From: an uncultured Acidobacteriota bacterium
Lineage (GTDB): Bacteria > Acidobacteriota > B3-B38 > Guanabaribacteriales > CAZYAF01
Assembly (NCBI GenBank): GCA_964645975.1
Contig: CAZYAF010000005.1
Location: 98,681 to 162,680 of the forward strand
Reading direction: 5' to 3'
Length of the DNA: 64,000 nucleotides
Below, one piece after another: positions 60,956 to 64,000 of the stretch (positions within the stretch are counted from its first letter, which is position 1; every line of letters starts with the position of its first letter). The translations under genes were made by a program, and so were the position numbers. The notes under the pieces were generated by a model. The model did no database searches. It worked only from the letters and a program-made list of their open reading frames with translations, and was not told the DNA's origin.

Positions 60956-62566
60956 ATGAGAATTTCAGCAAAAGGCGTTTTTTTTCTTATATTCCTCTTA
61001 TTAACAGTAGGAGCAGAATTATCCATTCTGCCAGCTTCGGGACAATCTTCCCAGGAAAAATATTCTTGTTTCAAGAGAGAGCACGAAATTAATATCGATG
61101 GTAACCTCGCTGACTGGGCATCGCTCAATCCAATCCAACTGCGATGGAAGTGGCAGGTTAAAGGTACTGATTGGAAGGGCCCTGAGGATTTATCCGCTCT
61201 CTGCTGGTTGACCTGGGATGAGGAGAAATTATATTTTGCCTTTGATATTTGGGACGATTTCACTCAATCGTTACTTCCCACACAGAAACCGTGGCAGGGT
61301 GAAGGAGTCCTCCTCACATTGAAATTTCCAAAAAAAGAAAATAAATCGAATATTAGAAACAGGGATTTCAACTCCCTCTTTTTAGCTTTTGCCCTCTCTG
61401 AAGAAAGGGGGATTGGAGTAAAAATAATTGATTCAGGCCGGGGCTTTTACCTTCAAGATTTAATAGAACTGGAATTAATAGTGATTAAGAAAAAATCTGG
61501 TGAAGGCACTCTTTATGAAGGAGCAGTGCCCTGGGCTTCATTATTGCCAAAGGGTTGTGAAAAACCAGACACAATCAAAGCAAATATAATTATTAACGAC
61601 ATTGATAAATCACCTGCCAAAAAGAAATCGCTTCATTGGGCTCTTTCACCCGAAGAGGAGCCGAATGTATTGAGTTATAAACCGGTCAAGCTCCTTACCA
61701 GAGAATCAGCTCTGAGCGTTTCTGAAGTTGCAGATACACCTACCAGATACTACCGAAAAGTCCCCCTGGTACTGCTTAATGTTACTGTTATGGATCAAAA
61801 CAATAACTACATTTTGGACCTTGAAAAGGATGAATTCATGATATATGAGGATGCTGAGCTGCAAGAAATAGCATATTTCGATCGTACCGAAAGACCAATA
61901 ACAATGGCGATATTACTTGACACCAGCGGCTCTATGGTAGAAAAATTGGAAACCGCCCAGAAAGCAGCGGTAAAATTTGTTGAGTCCTCTCTCTGTCTCC
62001 AGGATCAGGCATTAGTTATGGAATTTAATTCCAAACCTACAGTGCTGCAAGACTTTACTAACGATGTTGAAGTAATCTCGCAAGCCATTAAAAAAACTAA
62101 ATCCTTTGGGGGAACTGCCCTCTATGATGCTCTTTATCTCACCATGGAACGACTCAGATTTTTAAAGGAAACCAAAGCTATTGTGCTTTTATCAGATGGA
62201 AGAGATGAGGCCTATATTGGACCCGGTCCAGGCAGCAGGCGCACCTTAGCTGATGTGGTAAATCTGGCCAAAAAGACTGACGCCATAATATATAGTATAG
62301 GACTGGGTTATAGCGATGCCAAAGCAAGTTATGTACTCCAAAGGTTAGCAGATTACTCTGGCGGAAGGTGTTACTTTCCCAGGGAAGCCTCAGATTTGAA
62401 TTCTGTTTATTCTAAAGTTGGAGAAGACCTGAGAAGTCAATATATCATAGGTTATTACCCGAAAGACCTGCGTTTTGATGGCCGTTGGCGAACTATTAGA
62501 ATTGATATGAAGAATAAAAATCTCATTGCGAAAACAAGAAAAGGATATTATGCACATAAGAAATAA
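60956..62566 (+). CDS. Exported CBM9/DOMON-like sugar-binding domain fused to VWA domain
   Basis: Signal peptide; IDG.L.DW, DLSA...TWDEE.LYF...DD, YE..VPW; MIDAS LDTSGSM, GGTALYDA, LSDG, QY.IGY.P; start uncertain (ORF from 60872). Confidence 0.8.
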   Translation: MRISAKGVFFLIFLLLTVGAELSILPASGQSSQEKYSCFKREHEINIDGNLADWASLNPIQLRWKWQVKGTDWKGPEDLSALCWLTWDEEKLYFAFDIWDDFTQSLLPTQKPWQGEGVLLTLKFPKKENKSNIRNRDFNSLFLAFALSEERGIGVKIIDSGRGFYLQDLIELELIVIKKKSGEGTLYEGAVPWASLLPKGCEKPDTIKANIIINDIDKSPAKKKSLHWALSPEEEPNVLSYKPVKLLTRESALSVSEVADTPTRYYRKVPLVLLNVTVMDQNNNYILDLEKDEFMIYEDAELQEIAYFDRTERPITMAILLDTSGSMVEKLETAQKAAVKFVESSLCLQDQALVMEFNSKPTVLQDFTNDVEVISQAIKKTKSFGGTALYDALYLTMERLRFLKETKAIVLLSDGRDEAYIGPGPGSRRTLADVVNLAKKTDAIIYSIGLGYSDAKASYVLQRLADYSGGRCYFPREASDLNSVYSKVGEDLRSQYIIGYYPKDLRFDGRWRTIRIDMKNKNLIAKTRKGYYAHKK

Positions 62567-62656
62567 CTTCTACCTTATTTTATAAAGATCATTTCCTGTA
62601 AATATCACGATTTATTACACAAATAAAATTATAATTATTTAAATATAGAGCACATA

Positions 62657-63661
62657 ATGAAGAGAGATAAAATATTTGTTGTTATTTTTTCACTCATATG
62701 TATTACTTCAGTTTTCTCTTATGGTAATTACTGTAAAGGAGCACCTATGGAAGGAATAAAAAATAATAACTCTTTCAAGGTTGCAATTGTTCTCCAGCCT
62801 TATACTGGACATCGAAGAGGACCGGAACTTTCTCCCGGCCCCGAGGTTATCTACAAAGAGCTGGTAAAATTATTGGGTGAAATGAGAATCGAGCACGGGA
62901 TGAAAGAGGAAGTAAAGCTCACTTCTGAAGAAGAGAAAGATTATGGTGCTTGGCATCGTCTGGGATTGGCCGACGGTCATCTGGGAAAAATAATAGCCCG
63001 TTTAAAAAGAGAAGGAGAATTTCCCTTAGGCCTTTTAGCGAATTGTAACAGCCTCATGGGAATGTTAGCTGGCTTGCAGCATTCGGGTCCCACTCGTCGT
63101 CCCCTTAGCGTAGGTCTCATCTGGTTAGATGCTCATGCAGATTTCAATACACCCGAAACAACCTTGAGTGGAATGTTAGGCGGCATGCCTGTAGCCTGTG
63201 CTGCCGGAAGGTGTCTTTTTAGACTGCGTTTTAAAGCAGGCCTCGATCCGGCTATTGCAACGAGTAATATCATCATGATGGCCGTGCGTGATGTCGATCC
63301 TTTAGAGCAGGAGTTGATTGATGACTCCAATATCACAATGATTTCAACAGAAGATTTGATAAAGCGTAGCAAAAAGTTGAAAAAAACAATTGCTAATTTA
63401 TCTCAACGAGTGGATGTAATCTATATACATATTGACCTCGATGTCTTAGACCCAACAGAAATTCCCGGAGCAAACCTCACTGCCCCTAATGGCCCTACAG
63501 CGGATCAATTGGCTGAATCCTTAAAACTAATGATGGGTTATGAGAAGGTAGGAGCTTTAGGCATAGCTTCCTTTCCCATTGAAGAAGAAGGACGCAAAAC
63601 AAGTTTGAAATCTACCTTAAAGGTTATTCAAGGAGCTTTAGCAGGCCTTAAATCCCGTTAA
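62657..63661 (+). CDS. Arginase/ureohydrolase family protein with N-terminal signal-like helix
   Basis: WLDAHADFNTP, SGMLGGMP, HIDLDVLD. Confidence 0.85.
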   Translation: MKRDKIFVVIFSLICITSVFSYGNYCKGAPMEGIKNNNSFKVAIVLQPYTGHRRGPELSPGPEVIYKELVKLLGEMRIEHGMKEEVKLTSEEEKDYGAWHRLGLADGHLGKIIARLKREGEFPLGLLANCNSLMGMLAGLQHSGPTRRPLSVGLIWLDAHADFNTPETTLSGMLGGMPVACAAGRCLFRLRFKAGLDPAIATSNIIMMAVRDVDPLEQELIDDSNITMISTEDLIKRSKKLKKTIANLSQRVDVIYIHIDLDVLDPTEIPGANLTAPNGPTADQLAESLKLMMGYEKVGALGIASFPIEEEGRKTSLKSTLKVIQGALAGLKSR

Positions 63662-63674
63662 TTTATACCATTTA

Positions 63675-64000
63675 TTAGCTAAGAAGTTTTTTACGAATTC
63701 CCTGTGGATCGAAGGCATTCATAGCCTTGAGCTCTAAAAGTGAAGGTTGTGGATTAATACATAATTTGGAAGAGTACTTTACTTTAAAACCGGTATTTTC
63801 TAAAACCTCTTCCTCTTGAACTCCCGGGTTTAAAGCAATCAATTCTAACTTTCCATTCTTTAGAGAAAATATTCCTAAATTACTAATTATTTTTGTATTC
63901 TGATTGATTGCTGCCGGTGTGGAGGTAATAAAGTCAACATATTCCACAAATATTTTTTTTGAATGATTAGGGAGAAAAAATATTATTTTTTTGCACAATT
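63675..64000 (-). CDS. CoA-transferase beta subunit (glutaconate/3-oxoadipate type), 3' part
   Basis: H....FVE.VDFITS, IISNLGIF, L..LNPGV..EEV.ENTGF, P...EL......DP.G.R; runs off the window end. Confidence 0.8.
   Translation of the reverse strand, partial: LCKKIIFFLPNHSKKIFVEYVDFITSTPAAINQNTKIISNLGIFSLKNGKLELIALNPGVQEEEVLENTGFKVKYSSKLCINPQPSLLELKAMNAFDPQGIRKKLLS

Overview
AT-rich bacterial chromosomal segment, probably from an anaerobic diderm of the Acidobacteriota/Aminicenantes-like radiation (inferred from GWxTD and Acidobacterial-type VWA proteins, rpsF-rpsR-rplI without ssb, and an HdrA/MvhD cluster). It is mostly housekeeping: mlaE(partial)-dnaB-rplI-rpsR-rpsF, pth-rplY-prs-tRNA-Gln-spoVG-ispE, polA, hutI/cyclodeaminase, lepA-lepB-lepB, ROK kinase-tsaD-mtnA, tRNA-Leu-secG-tpiA-pgk-gap, smpB. 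The most unusual elements are: (1) a full-length membrane pyrophosphatase homologue between pth and rpsF that has lost essentially all PPi/Mg catalytic residues but keeps the ion-gate residues; (2) three tandem secreted 7-bladed FG-GAP (integrin-alpha-like) propeller genes with a homogenised scaffold and variable loops, the first behind a sigma54 promoter with upstream palindromes; (3) an XRE-ImmA gene with a perfect operator over its -35 box and a doubly broken PIN partner; (4) a TPR-VWA-GWxTD operon decaying by three different lesions next to an IS5 remnant and a TonB-receptor fragment; (5) an HdrA-MvhD-2xFdhB/FrhB-MvhD cluster with no HdrBC or catalytic donor subunit, possibly bounded by a tRNA-Leu relic. 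All calls are by-eye motif recognition; no database searches were run.
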